Shown: piece after piece, positions 1 through 34,457 of the stretch | Layout: every line of letters starts with the position of its first letter | Position numbering within the stretch: the stretch's first letter is position 1 | Source of the DNA: the human T2T-CHM13v2.0 reference genome, Homo sapiens | Direction: 5' to 3' (one strand) | DNA length: 64,000 bases | Assembly (NCBI RefSeq): GCF_009914755.1 | Contig: NC_060933.1 | Translations under genes and position numbers: made by a program | The notes under the pieces: generated by a model | What the model was told of the DNA's origin: nothing | What the model saw: only the letters and a program-made list of their open reading frames with translations | Database searches by the model: none

Positions 1-1130
1 TGTTTTGCAAAATATTTTAAAATTACATGACTCAGAAATTTCACTTTTTAAATGTACTTTAAAGAACATTTGCCAATGTATGAAATGAGGCATGTTTAAT
101 AATATGCATTGTAACATGATATATAATTGTTCAACCATTCTGGAAAGAAACAAATTGAAACTGACAACAGTATACGCCCCTGAGGTAGTTTTGTAGAACC
201 AGCTGAAATTAGAGATCCCTTTATTCTTTGGCCAAGATTATACTGAATTTTTAAAAATTTTTTATTGTGGTACAATATACATAATATCTCTTTAACCATT
301 TGTAAGTGTATAATTTAGTTGCATTAAAAGCATTCACATGTTGTTAACTATCATCACTATATATACTCAAAATTTTCTCGACCCCAACATAAACTCTGAA
401 TCCATTAAACAAAAATTCCTCCTTCCCTCTTTCCCCTCGTCCTCTAGTAATCTCTATCTTACTTTTTGTCTCTATAAATGTGCCTATTCTATCTGATACA
501 AGTGAATTCATACAATATTTGTCCTTCTGTATCTGGCTTATTTCACTATGCATAATGTTTTTGAAAGCCAACCATGTTGTAACATATATAAAAATTCCAT
601 TTCTTTTAATGGTTGAATAATATTCCATTATATGTATATAGCACATTTTGTTTATTCATTCAACAGTTGATGGACACTTGGGTTGTTTTCACCTTTTGGC
701 TATTGTGAATAACGCTACTGTGAAAAGTGGTGTACAAATATCTGTTTAAGTCCCTGCTTTCAATTCTTTTGGATATATACCTAAGAGTAGAATTGCTGGA
801 TTTCTGTATTTATCATTTGAGGAACTGACTGATAAATTGTATGCCACAGCAGCTGCACTATTTTGCATCCCCACCAGCAATACAAAAGGATTCCAACTTC
901 TCCACATACTTGTCAACATTTATTATTTTGTTTCTGAAAAAATTATAGCCATTCTAGCAGATGTGAAGTGGTATTTCACTGTCATTTGATTTGCAGTTCC
1001 CTAATGGCAAATGATATTAAACAGCTTTCCATGTGCTCATTGGCTATTTGTGTACTATTTTTGGAGAAGTGTCTATTCACATCCTTTGCCCATTTTTAAA
1101 AATTGGATTGTTTTCCTGTTGTAGGGGGTA

Positions 1131-2019
1131 TTTTTATTTTTATTTATTTTTTAGACAAGGTCTCACTCTGTCACCCTGGCTGGAGTGCAGTGGCACGATC
1201 TCAGCTCACTGCAACCTCCACTTCTGGGCTTAAGCTATCCTCCCACCTCAGCCTCCCAAGTAGCTGGGACTACAGGCACATGCCACCATATCTGGGTAAT
1301 ATTTGTATTTTGTGTAGAGACGGGTTTTGCCATATTGCCCAGGCTGGTCTCAAACTCCTGGGCTCAAGCCATCTACCCGCCTGGGCCTCCCAAAATGCTG
1401 GTGAGCAGTGAACCCAGCTGGACTTCCTGGGTCGAGTGGGGACTTGGAGAACTTTTCTGTCTTACAAGAGGCTTGTAAAAATGTACCAATCAGCACTCTG
1501 TAGCTAGGACTGTAAAACTCACCAATCAGCACTCTGTAGCTAGCAAGGGGATTGTAAAACTCACCAATCAGCACTCTGTAGCTAGCAAGGGGATTGTAAA
1601 ATGCACCAATCAGCACTCTGTAAAATGCACCAATCAGTGCTCTGTAAAATGCACCAATCAGCGCTCTGTAAAATGCACCAATCAGCAGAATCCTAAAAGT
1701 AGCCAATCGCAGGGAGGATTGAAAAAAAGGCATTCTGATAGGACAGAAATGGAAAATGGGAGGGGACAAATAAGGGAATAAAAGCTAGCCACCCAGCCAG
1801 CAGTGACAATGGGCTGGGGTCCCCTTCCATGCTGTGGAAGCTTTGTTCTTTTGCTCTTCACAATAAATATTGCTGCTGCTCACTGTTTGGGTCCGTGCCA
1901 TCTTTAAGAGCTGTAACACTCACTGTGAAGGTCTGCAGCTGCATTCCTGAAGTCGGCCAGACCATGAACCCGCTGGAAGGAACCAACTCTGGACACACTG
2001 GGAGCCACCACACCCAGCC
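1131..2019 (-). mobile_element. Alu (J-like) split by LTR12F insertion
   Basis: Antisense Alu body 1131-1401 ending ...cccaaaatgctgg, resuming gagccaccacacccagcc at 2002-2019. Confidence 0.9.
1402..1997 (+). mobile_element. Solo LTR12 (LTR12F-like, ERV9) with CCAAT repeat array
   Basis: TG...CA termini (tgagcagtgaacccagctggacttcctgggtcgagtgg ... aactctggacaca), 4-bp TSD CTGG (1398-1401, 1998-2001), 8 CCAAT boxes in accaatcagcactctgta-type repeats, AATAAA at 1862. Confidence 0.9.
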
Positions 2020-2123
2020 AAAAGTTCTTTATATATTCTGATTACTAGTTCTTTATCAGGTATGTGACTTGCAAATATTTTCTCCCACTCTAAAGCTTGC
2101 CTTTACTTGATAGTATCCTTTGA

Positions 2124-6981
<4,858 letters not shown>

Positions 6982-8299
6982 TTAATTTGTTCCTTTGAAT
7001 GAGCCATGTTTTCTTGTTTCTTTGTATGCTTTGGGATTTGTTGTTGATGTTGAAAACTGGATATTTGTTTATCATATAATGTGGTAATTCTGGAAATCAG
7101 ATTCTCCCCCTTCCCCAGGGTTGCTTTCTATTTTTTATTGCTGTCGGGTATCTCTGTGCTAGAGATCATCCTGAGGCAAAAGCTTAAAGGCTTTTCTATA
7201 CTTTGTCTTTCCCTGGGCGGTATGGTGACATTGTAAATATTCTCGTATATATGGTTGCTTTTCAATGTTCTAAGTTTTACACGTCTGGCTCCCAACACTA
7301 GAAAAAGGGAGGAAAAAAAAGAAGAAAAGACCCTTCTCACACCATTCTAGATACTGTCCCTGGATGCTGCTTCTGTTGGTGGGGTTGAAACAATGGCTTC
7401 ACTTTTCTGTGTCTGCACTTTTCCATCATCAGAAGCAGCAGTCAGCAGTTCAGAATACAGAATTATTAGAGGATGAGATCTGTATTGACCACCCTGGCTT
7501 CTGAAACTCTCACCAGGAATGTGGCCATGGCTGCTTACCATGGTACTGATGTTGAAGAGATAGGTAGCTATGACTGAAATTGACTGAAATTAATCAGAAT
7601 TTAGCAGCTAAGCCCTTCCCTGGAAGTTGCAAGTGTTCAAATGACCTCCAGAGTTACAAAATAGTTACATCGGTAGTTAGTTAACTGATAGTTTCTACTA
7701 GCGTAATTGCTGTCTGGGTGTAAAGACAGATTCCTGATGCTTCCTGTTATGCCATATTCCTTGATGTCACTCTATACAAATTTTTAATTGCTATTTTATA
7801 TCAAAAAATACATAAAAGAGACAGCATTAGAGCACAAGAGGTTGTATGTGGTCAATTTCCCATCAAGTTTAACCACTCACATATTGCTAATACCAGTCAT
7901 GCACTTGTGCATATGCTGGGATTGTTTACTTTTCAGAAAAAAATTGAGGACCTCAATCTAGTAATGAATTACATAGAACTGGGGAGAGATGACAGAAGAG
8001 TTGCTAACAACTTGTATCCAAACTGCTGAGTGCAGAAGCAGGGACTACTCTGAAGAAACAAAGTGAGGTGGGGGGTGGGGGTTGCAGGAATGTGGGCCCT
8101 GAAAGCATCCAATTACTATATTCTTTAATTTTTATTTGGGTTATTGATGCTTCTCTTTCCTTAAACAAAAACATGATAAATACATTTAAATTTCTCTTCT
8201 GAAAACTTGGTAATTCAATACAACCCTATGACTAATGACAATTAAAACAGTGGAACAAAATTGTTTCTAAAAACTTGAAGGCATTTAAGAGCTAAAAAG

Positions 8300-10714
<2,415 letters not shown>

Positions 10715-11192
10715 CTAGGGATTTGAAATTAAAATGATAGAATAGTGACAGAAGAATTAGACAAAAAGGCCTCTCAGAATTTAGGCCAGAGTGTGAAGAT
10801 GTTCCCCCACCCCCATGTGAAAAGTAATTAAATAATCCTCTCCTGCAGAGGAGAGTCACAATAATAACATTGTTAATAAAATACACTGAATATCAGCCAA
10901 CTTCTTTCTTGGTGGTGGCTATGCTTTCTCAGCTAGTGTTTGAACAAAATAGACATGGTAATAGAAACAGATGTTACAAATGGATTAACAAGTGGACTTA
11001 CTCTCACCCAGGTTCACCTGGCTGCTGCAACACTGAGTCCTCAGCCTTCCAGCAGCAAAGACCAATAATTCATTGACACTGTAAACAGTTTATTCTAGAT
11101 CTTAATTTCCTCCTTTTTACAATGTTGGGCTAGCAACATCTTTTATGGAAATTTGTTTGCCTTAGTCATTGTTATGGCATTATACATATAAT

Positions 11193-11253
11193 TGGGAGGT
11201 GAAGCCAGCTGGGCTTCTGGGTTGGGTGGGGACTTGGAGAAATTCCAGACATA
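11193..11253 (+). mobile_element. 61-bp internally collapsed LTR12
   Basis: LTR12 5' end tgggaggtgaagccagctgggcttctgggttgggtggggacttggagaa fused to 3' end attccagacata; TSD TAAT 11189-92 and 11254-57. Confidence 0.75.
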
Positions 11254-11376
11254 TAATTACCTCTGAATAAGTGTGACACAGACTGCTAGGTTTTTATAAT
11301 AGCGTTAGTGTAGTGCTTTTTTGAAAGTTGAGCATGGCACCAGCTGGGAGATATCACCTTGAGAAGCTGGAATGTT

Positions 11377-11777
<401 letters not shown>

Positions 11778-11809
11778 TAGGCTATAGCATATGTTTTAAG
11801 CCAGTATGT

Positions 11810-13790
<1,981 letters not shown>

Positions 13791-13839
13791 AATAACTATA
13801 ATAACTATTTAAATAGTTGAACTGTTTACAATAAATAGT

Positions 13840-14110
13840 TCTGTTTGTCCCATAGTTACACCATTTGCACTAGGTACCAAAAAGCAAAGTGGAAGTTATA
13901 TTTCTACTACCAAAATGACCCATTAGAAAAATTTTTACTTCTTGTTCTCGTGACTTTGGGCTCCACTGGCTTAGAGATTTTAGTACTCAAAGGGGGAATA
14001 ATTTCTCTGGGGCACACCACAGTGATTATACTGAACTGGAAATTGAGACTATCTGGCCATTTTGAGTTCTTCATAGCACTAGAGCCACAGACAAAAAGGT
14101 TACACTGGTG
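13840..14110 (+). mobile_element. ERV-L internal remnant (dUTPase-like region)
   Basis: ORF 13845..14156 DPLEKFLLLVLVTLGSTGLEILVLKGG...LNWKLRLSGHF resembles ERV-L dUTPase. Confidence 0.7.
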
Positions 14111-14970
14111 GAATCAATTAACTAGTATTTTGCTAAAGATACATTTATATTCATGATGGATGTTGGCATTAATTTTTTTGTGTAATGTCCTTGTCAGATT
14201 TTGATATTAAGATTATGCTGTTTTCACAAAACAAATTGGGAAGTGCTCCTCATTCCTGTGTTTTTGAAAGCACTTAAGATTGGTATTATTTCTTCCTTAA
14301 AATATTTTACAAAGTTGGCCAGAGGAGCAATCTGGGCCTGCAGTTTTCTTTGAGGGAATTATGACTAATTCAATTATATTAACACATTATAGCTGTTAAG
14401 TTTTCCTGTTTCTTCTAAAGTGAGGTTTAACAATAGTTTATATCTTTTAAGAAATTTATTTTATCCAAGTTATTACATTTATTGGCATAAGCTTGTGCAT
14501 AACTTATTATCCTTTTAATTCTAAACTGCTAATCTTCCCAGTTTTGTTTCAGATATGAGGAATTTGTGTTCTCTCATCTCTCTGTCTCTCTGTCTTATTT
14601 GGTGTACTGGATACTTGTGCTGGCAACTTGGTCAATCTGTGAACGACATTACCCAGAATTCACTTCTCCTTATGGTTTTGGTTAGTGAATCTGCATGAGA
14701 TTTTAGAAGCAGAAGCAGTCTCTCTCTGAAGCTGTTCAGTGTGAGATAGTTGATGGACAGATGCAGAGTTGCCTGGTGGTTTCCAGCTCATCCTGGTGCT
14801 CCTCTGTTTTACATCCAGCTCTCCTTCCCAGCTGCTGAACCCAGCCCAATCAGGAGATGCTTGGCTGCAAACTTTCAGAAGTGTTATCTAAACAGAGCCA
14901 ACAGCCACCATATGACCTTGTTTCCATTCCCATTTTGGTAACTAAATGTGCTAGGCTTCTCCAATTATCT

Positions 14971-15975
14971 ATCTTTATCTCTCTCTCTCTCTCTCTTTTT
15001 TTTTTTTTTTTTTTTTTGAGATGGAGTCTTGCTGTGTCACCCAGGCTGGAGTGCTGTAGTGCGATCTCAGCTCACTGCAAGCCCCGCTTCTCGGGTTCAC
15101 GCCATTCTCCTGCCTCAGCCTCCCAAGTAGCTGGGACTACAGGCACCTGCCACCACGGCCAGCTAATTTTTTGTATTTTTAGTAGAGACAGGGTTTCACC
15201 GTGTTAGCCAGAATGGTCTCAATCTCCTGACCACGTGATCCACCCGCCTTGGCCTCCCAAAGTGCTGGGATTACAGGCGTGAGCTACTGTGCCCGGCCTA
15301 TATGAGTAAGTTCTTTAATGGCTATTTGTGAGATTTTGGTGCACCCATTACCCGAGCAGTATACACTGCACCTTATTTGCAGTCTTTTCTCCTTCACCCC
15401 CTTCCCATCCTTTCCCCCTGAGCACCCAAAGCCCATTGTGTCACTCTTATACCTTTGCATCCTCCTAGCTTAGCTCCCAATTATGAGTGAGAACATAGGA
15501 CGTTTGGTTTTCCATACCTGAGTTACTTCACTTAGAATAATACTCTCCAATCTCATCCAGGTTGCTGCAAATGCCATTAACTCATTCCTTTTTATGGCTG
15601 ACTACTATTCCATTGTATATAAATATACCACGGTTTCTTTAACTGCTTGTTGACTGATGGGCATTTGGGTTGGTTCCACATTTTTGCAATTGCGAATTGT
15701 GCTGCTATAAACATGTGTGTGCAAGTATCTTTTTCGAATAATGACTTCTTTTCCTCTGGGGTAGATACCCAGTAGTGGGATTGCTGGATCAAATGGTGGT
15801 TCTACTTTTAGTTCTTTAAGGAATCTCCACACTGTTTTCCACAGTGGCTGTACTAGTTCCCATTTCCACCAGCAGTGTAGAAGTGTTCCCTGTTCACCAC
15901 ATCCACGCCAACATCTACTATTTTTTGATTTTTTGATTATGGCCATTCTTGCAAGAGTAAAGTAGTATTGGATTG
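14971..15975 (-). mobile_element. L1PB-like 3' fragment with Alu ~14995-15298(-)
   Basis: ORF2 C-terminus (15605..15979 GTLLHCWW...[10 protein letters not shown]); TSD ccaattatct at 14961 and 15977. Confidence 0.85.
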
Positions 15976-16311
15976 CCAATTATCTCTTTAGGCTCCAATT
16001 TGTCATCTAGCACCAATGCTTCAGGAGGACTTCTGAACCTTCACTTCTCTAGCTCTTCCCACTATTATATAAGGTATAGCTCCTAATCTTACTCTCTCAT
16101 CCAGTAACACTCATTAAGGCTCTGCTTTCCTGAATAAAACCTGAACAATGTCCAATTTGTCAATATTTTCAAAGAATCAACTTTTGGCATTTTAATTTTT
16201 TAAGTTGACTGTTTTATATGTCATTGATTTCTACTCACTATTCTTTCCTTCTGTTTACATTTTAATTTTTTCATCTTAATGTGGAATTTTAGATCACTGA
16301 TTTCAAACCTA

Positions 16312-17690
<1,379 letters not shown>

Positions 17691-17947
17691 AGTTTAAATC
17701 CAGCCTAGGCAACATAGTGAAACCCTATCTCAAAAATAAATAAATAAATACATACATAATTAAAAAAATAAAAAATAATATAATAAATTAGTAAAATTGA
17801 AGAAATCTATTTTATATCCACAGAAGTTGAGTTATTATTATAAACAGATTCTTAAATAAATCCCATTAACTACTTAAAAAAACATTTTTCTCTAAGCACT
17901 ACATTAGCTAAATCCCCACAAATTTGTATTTGTTGTATTTTCACTAT

Positions 17948-26345
<8,398 letters not shown>

Positions 26346-26649
26346 GTATCAGGCCGTTCTTGTGTTGTCACAGAGGAATATCTGAGGCTGGGTAATTTAT
26401 AAAGAAAAGAAGTTTAATTGGCTCATGTTTCCTCAGGGTATACAGGCATGGCACCAGCATATGCTTGGCTTCTGATGAGGCCTCAGAAAGCTTACAATCA
26501 TTGTGAAGCCAAAGGGAGAGCAAGTATGTCACATGGCAAGAGCAGGAGAAAGAGAGAGGGAGAATGATGCCACACAACCAAATCTTGCATGAACTCAGAG
26601 CAGCAACTCACTTATCACCAAGGGGATGGAGCTAAGCCATTCTTTGATT

Positions 26650-26652
26650 ATT

Positions 26653-26684
<32 letters not shown>
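26650..26684. repeat. (ATC)n microsatellite, probably derived from an Alu tail
   Basis: attatcatcatcatc... run. Confidence 0.9.
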
Positions 26685-27173
26685 TGCAGGGAGCCGAAGG
26701 CCCGTGAGACGTGACCAACTCAGCATTTTGCTGGAGGCTATATGATCAAACAGCAGACTGTTTATCATGAATGCAGGATGTGGGCAAACTCACACTGCCC
26801 TGCCACCAAAAGGTTTGCTGAGAGACATCACTCCCTGGCACGGGGTTCCTTGCAGTTATCTACTGAGAAAATTAGTGCCTATTGTTCAAAGGATGCAGTC
26901 TCACAAGCCTGCTGTGAACCAAAGCTGGCTGACAATTACCCAACAATCACCCCCACCTTTCCTGCTGTCTCTTTTGCCTAATAAATACGGAGGGCTGTGT
27001 AAAGCTCAGGGCCCTTGTCCACTAGAGGCAAGGTGCCCCCTGACCCCTTCTTCCAAATAGATTCTTTTGTCTCTTGTCTTTTATTCTCATGTTCACCCCC
27101 GCTTTGTTCAGTCCTCCTAGGTCCGTGCAGGCTACAAGTGGCGCCCCGAACAGCGACAGAATCGGGTGCTCTA
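26685..27173 (+). mobile_element. LTR3 (HERV-K HML-6-type LTR) followed by a tRNA-Lys PBS-like sequence
   Basis: tgcagggagccgaaggcc...ggaggctatatgatcaaacagca ... gctaca (27136); tggcgccccgaacagcgac at 27139-27157. Confidence 0.8.
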
Positions 27174-28428
27174 TGGTTATTTTGAGACAAGGTCTTGCTC
27201 TGTCACCCAAGCTGGAGTACAGTGGTGTGATCACTGCTAACTGCAGCCTTGACCTCCTGGGCTCAAGCAATCCTCCCACCTCAGCCTCCCAAGTAGCTGG
27301 GACCATAGGCACATACCACTACATCTGGCTAAATTTAAACTTTTTTGAAGAGATGGGGTCCCACTATGTTGTCCAGCCTGGTCTTGAACTCCTGGCCTAG
27401 AGCAATTCTCCTGCCTCGGCCTCCCAAAGTGCTGGTATTATAGGCATGAGCCACCACCCCTGGCCTAAACCATTCTTGAGGGATCTGCCCCCGTGATCTA
27501 CTCACCTCCCACTAGCCCCCACCTCCAACATTTGGAATCACATTTCAACTTGAGATCTAAGGGGACAAACATCCAAACCATATCAACGTATAACAAGAAA
27601 ATAGATAGAATTCATAATGAAAACACTACCTACAAAGATAAGTTCAGTCCCAGATGCCTTCACTGGTAAATTCTACCACACACTTAAAGATGAATTCAGG
27701 CCTGGCATGGTGGCTCACGCCTGTAATCCCAGCACTTTGGGAGGCTGAGGCAGGTGGATCACGAGGTAAGGAGTTCAAGACCAGCCTGACCAAGATGGTG
27801 AAACCTCGTCTCTACTAAAAATACAAAAATTAGCCGGGCACGGTGGCAGGAGCCTGCAATCCCAGCTACTTGGGAGGCTGAGGCAGGAGAATCACTTGAA
27901 CCCAGAAGGCAGAAGTTGCAGTGAGCCGAGATTGTGCCACTCTACTCCAGCCTGGGTGACAGTAAGAATCTGTCTCAAAAAAAAAAAAAAGATGAATCCA
28001 TAGCAATTCTTCGCAAATTCTTCTAAGAAACAAAAGAGGAGAAAACTCTTTCCAACTCAGTCTTTGAAGCAAATATTGCTTCGATATTAAAATCAGAAAA
28101 AGCCATCACGAAAAAACTACAAGTCAATATATCTTATGAAATAGGTGCAAATCCCTCAATTAAAAACTAGCAAACTAAATCCAACAACATAAAAAAGGGC
28201 TAAATACCACATTCAAGTGGAATTTATCCCAGAAATTCAAGATTAATTTAACATCCAAAAATCAATATAATGCATCATATTGGTGGAACAAAGAACAAAC
28301 CCCACAGGATTATCTTCATATTCAGAAAGAGCATTTGACAACATTTAAGTGGTTCTGTTCCACTTGAAGATTTATATCTTCAAGATGAAAATATTCAACG
28401 ACAAACTAGGAGGAGAAGGTAACTTTAT

Positions 28429-30722
<2,294 letters not shown>

Positions 30723-31175
30723 TGAGTATTTTTAATGATTTCATTTGTCCTTTGTTGGTTCATTGGGTATATGTTGGTTGTGTTATTTCAGTTATATCTT
30801 TGAGTTTATATTACACATCTTTAATTTACCACAATTTACCTTTGGTGGTATTATACTATTTACACAAAGTAGAACCTTACAACAATGTGCTTCCATTTCA
30901 GCCCTGGCCTTTCTGTTATCATAGTTACGCATTTCACTTCTATATATATCATAAACATCACAATACCTTCTTATTACTTTAAACAGTTTATTATGTATTA
31001 AAGCTATTTAAATAGAAACACAGCTTTTACATATTCTTTCTAGCATTTTTCATTTCTCTGTGTAGATCCTTATTTCCATCTAGTATCCTTTTCCTTTTGA
31101 TTGAAGGACATCCTGTTTTTTCACTGGGTAAAAAATTCTAAGTTGATACATTGGCTTTTTTTTTCAGTGCTTTAA

Positions 31176-31481
<306 letters not shown>

Positions 31482-31808
31482 TGAGCCACCGTGCCCGGCC
31501 GCATTTTTTATTGAATGAAATCTGCTGTTATCTTTGTTCATTTGTACATAATATGTCTCCTCTTTCTGGCTTTTTAAAACAAGTTTCTTTATAGCTGCTT
31601 TTAAGCAGTTGTACCTTGGTGTTGTTATTTTCATGTTTCCTCTGCATAGGCTTCACTGAGATGCTTTAATCTGTTGGCTTATAATTTTCATCACATAATT
31701 TTCATTTGAGTATTTTTTATCCCTGTTTTACTTTGAATAGTTTCCCCTTCCATGTCTTCAGGCTAACTTCTTTTTCCCCTGAAATGTCCAGTCTGCTGCA
31801 ATACCAAC

Positions 31809-31848
31809 TGTGTCAGTCAAAGTCTTCCAGAGAAATAGAACTAATAGG

Positions 31849-31882
<34 letters not shown>

Positions 31883-32448
31883 TGAGTAGGATATATGTAT
31901 ATATAGGATATATAAAGAAAAAAGTAATAGGATAGGAAAAAACTAATAGGATATATGTATCTGTATATATATATATATATATATGTGTGTATATATACAT
32001 ATATATATTCTATCTATTGATCTGTTTATCAAGTGTTTATCAAGTGGGAGAGAGTGACTGATTTATTTAAGGGATTGGCTCATGCAATTGCAGGGGCTGG
32101 CAAGTCTGAAATCTGTAGGGCAGGCAGGCTGAAAATTCAGGTAAGAGTTGATATTGCAATCTTGAGTCTAAAATTCACGGGGCAGGACAGCAGGCTAAAA
32201 CATCAGGGAGGATTTCTGTTAGAGTCTTAAGGCAGAATTCCTTCTCTGGAAACCTCAGATTTTGCCGTTAAGGCCTTCAACTGATTAGATGAAACCCTCC
32301 CACATTATGGAGTGTAATCTCCCTTAAAGTCAACTGACTGAAAATGTTAATTACACATGTAAGATATCTACATGGTAGTATCTAGACTACTACCAAATAA
32401 TTGGTCATTATAGTGTAGCCAAGTTGACATGTAAAATTAATCATCATA
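31809..32448 (-). mobile_element. Solo MLT2 LTR with expanded (TA)n/(GA)n tract
   Basis: Reverse MLT2 termini; 5-bp TSD-like ccaac/ccatc; microsatellite ~31848-32006. Confidence 0.8.
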
Positions 32449-32486
32449 CCATCCAGTATGGCATGATGTATAGAAAAACCCTTCTT

Positions 32487-32661
32487 GAAGTGTTTCCTGT
32501 AGCTTCTTGAAGTTGTAGTTATAATAAATGTTTTAGTGCTCTTATCTTGGTTTTTTTTTTTAGACAGGGTCTCGAAGTGTTTCCTGTAGCTTCTTGAAGT
32601 TGTAGTTACAATAAATGTTTTAGTGCTCTTATCTTGGTTTTTTTTTTTTAGACAGGGTCTT
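32487..32661. repeat. 87/88-bp near-perfect tandem duplication
   Basis: gaagtgtttcctgtagcttcttgaagttg...agacagggtct starts at 32487 and again at 32574. Confidence 0.95.
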
Positions 32662-33964
32662 GCTAGGGTCTTGCCCAGGATGGTCTGGAACCCCTAGGTT
32701 TAAGCAATTGTCCCAATCGTTTTAAGCAGCCTCCTAAGTAGCTGCAACTACAGACGCATGCCACTGTGCCCAGCTTGTGTCCTTACCTTTTAATTATATC
32801 TTCTGTGTAATTTCTATTGGTTGACTTTTCTCTTCATTTTGGGGAATATATTCTTTGCATGCTAGCATTTTTTTAATTGGAATTCTAAAATCCAGGGTCT
32901 TAGGATGGAAGCAGGTGTAAGAATAGAAAAAAAAAAAAAAAAGTCCCCAATTTTGCCTTATTGGATGCTGGATAGTTTTGTATTCTTTTAAATATTCTTG
33001 AGCTTTTTATCTGGGATGCAGTTAAGTTACTTGGGAACAATTCAGTCCTTTCTAGGCTTGGATTTAAGCTCTGTTAGGTGAGACCAGAGAAGCATTTAGG
33101 TTAATTTTTGCCCCACTATTGAGGCAAAACCCTTCCGAGTACATGACTTGATGCCATGTGAATTAGCATTTCCACTCTGTCTCGTGGGAACAGACATTAT
33201 TCCTGTTCTTTTTGAGCTCACAGTATTGCCCTCTAACCCTTTCTAGTGTTTTTTACCCCTAATTTTGAGGAGTTTCCTCACATGTACATGCTGGTCAGCA
33301 CTTAACTAATACCTGAGGAAGAGGACTCTCTGCACATCTCTGGCGCTCTCTCTCCCTTTCTGTACTCTGCCCTGTGAACTCTAGATGCATATGCCTCCTC
33401 AGATTCCCAGTTCCATCTCCTCAAGTTGAACTCCATGCTTCACTTGAGTTTCCCTTCTCTGTGCTATGACTTGGAAATTCTCTCCATCTGCGGGAAGTTC
33501 AAAGGCTCACCTCCATGATTTCCACTGCTCTTCATTGTCTGATGTCAAATGTCTTCAAATGTTTCATATATTTTGTCCTTTTAAATGTTGATTAAGGTGA
33601 AGGGCTAAATCTGGTTCCTGTTACTTCATTTTGAGAAGAAGCAAATAGGAAGTAACTTAAAAATACCACTTTTTATCAAATTCTTAGAAAAAGAGTATAA
33701 CTCATTTTGCAAAGACTTTGGTATGTTTTTGAGCGTATTATTCTGTTACATCTAATAAACAATCTTTGCATTAGTAAGATAACTTTAATTGCTATAGTGT
33801 TAAATGTCCTCAAGTTTAGTTTTTCCTTATCTTCTTGTAATCAATTGGAATTAAAAAAAAAACTTCAGAATCTTCTTCTTTATAACAGGAAAAAAAACCC
33901 CAGTATTTTTGGCATTTTTAGAAGTACATTCATACACACTGTCATTTAAAACATGGGGGTGGGA

Positions 33965-34455
33965 GGTGGAGCAAGATGGTGGAATGGAAGGCTCCACTGA
34001 TCATTCCCCCTTGTAAGAAAAACAAGTTAACAACTATTTACACACAAAAGCACCTTCACAAGAACCAAAAATCAGGTAAGCACTCGCAGTACCTGGTTTT
34101 TACTTCATATGACTGAAAGAGGCACTGAAAAGGTAGGAAAGACAGTCTTGAATCACCAATGCCCCTGACCCATCCCCCAGCAGTGGCTCTGTGGTGCGGA
34201 GAGAGAATCTATGTTCTTGGGAGACGGCAAGCACAGCAATGATGAGACATTGCATTGAACTCAGTGCTGCCCTGTTATACCAGAAAGCAAAACTGGATCA
34301 AACACAGCTGATGCTCACGCATGGAGGGAGTATTTACACCAGCCTTAGCCCGAGGAGAATCACCTATCCCAGCAGTTGGAATTTGAGTTACTGCCAATCT
34401 CACCACCTCTGGCTAGAGGGCCCTAAATAAACTCGAAAGGCAGCCTGGGCCACAA
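33965..34455 (+). mobile_element. L1M 5'UTR fragment
   Basis: ggtggagcaagatggtggaatggaaggctccac start, typical of old L1 5' ends. Confidence 0.7.
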
Positions 34456-34457
34456 GG

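Noticed and set aside
1480-1710. Spaced direct repeats resembling a CRISPR array
   Set aside because: LTR12 U3 enhancer repeats; no unique spacers, no cas genes, eukaryotic context
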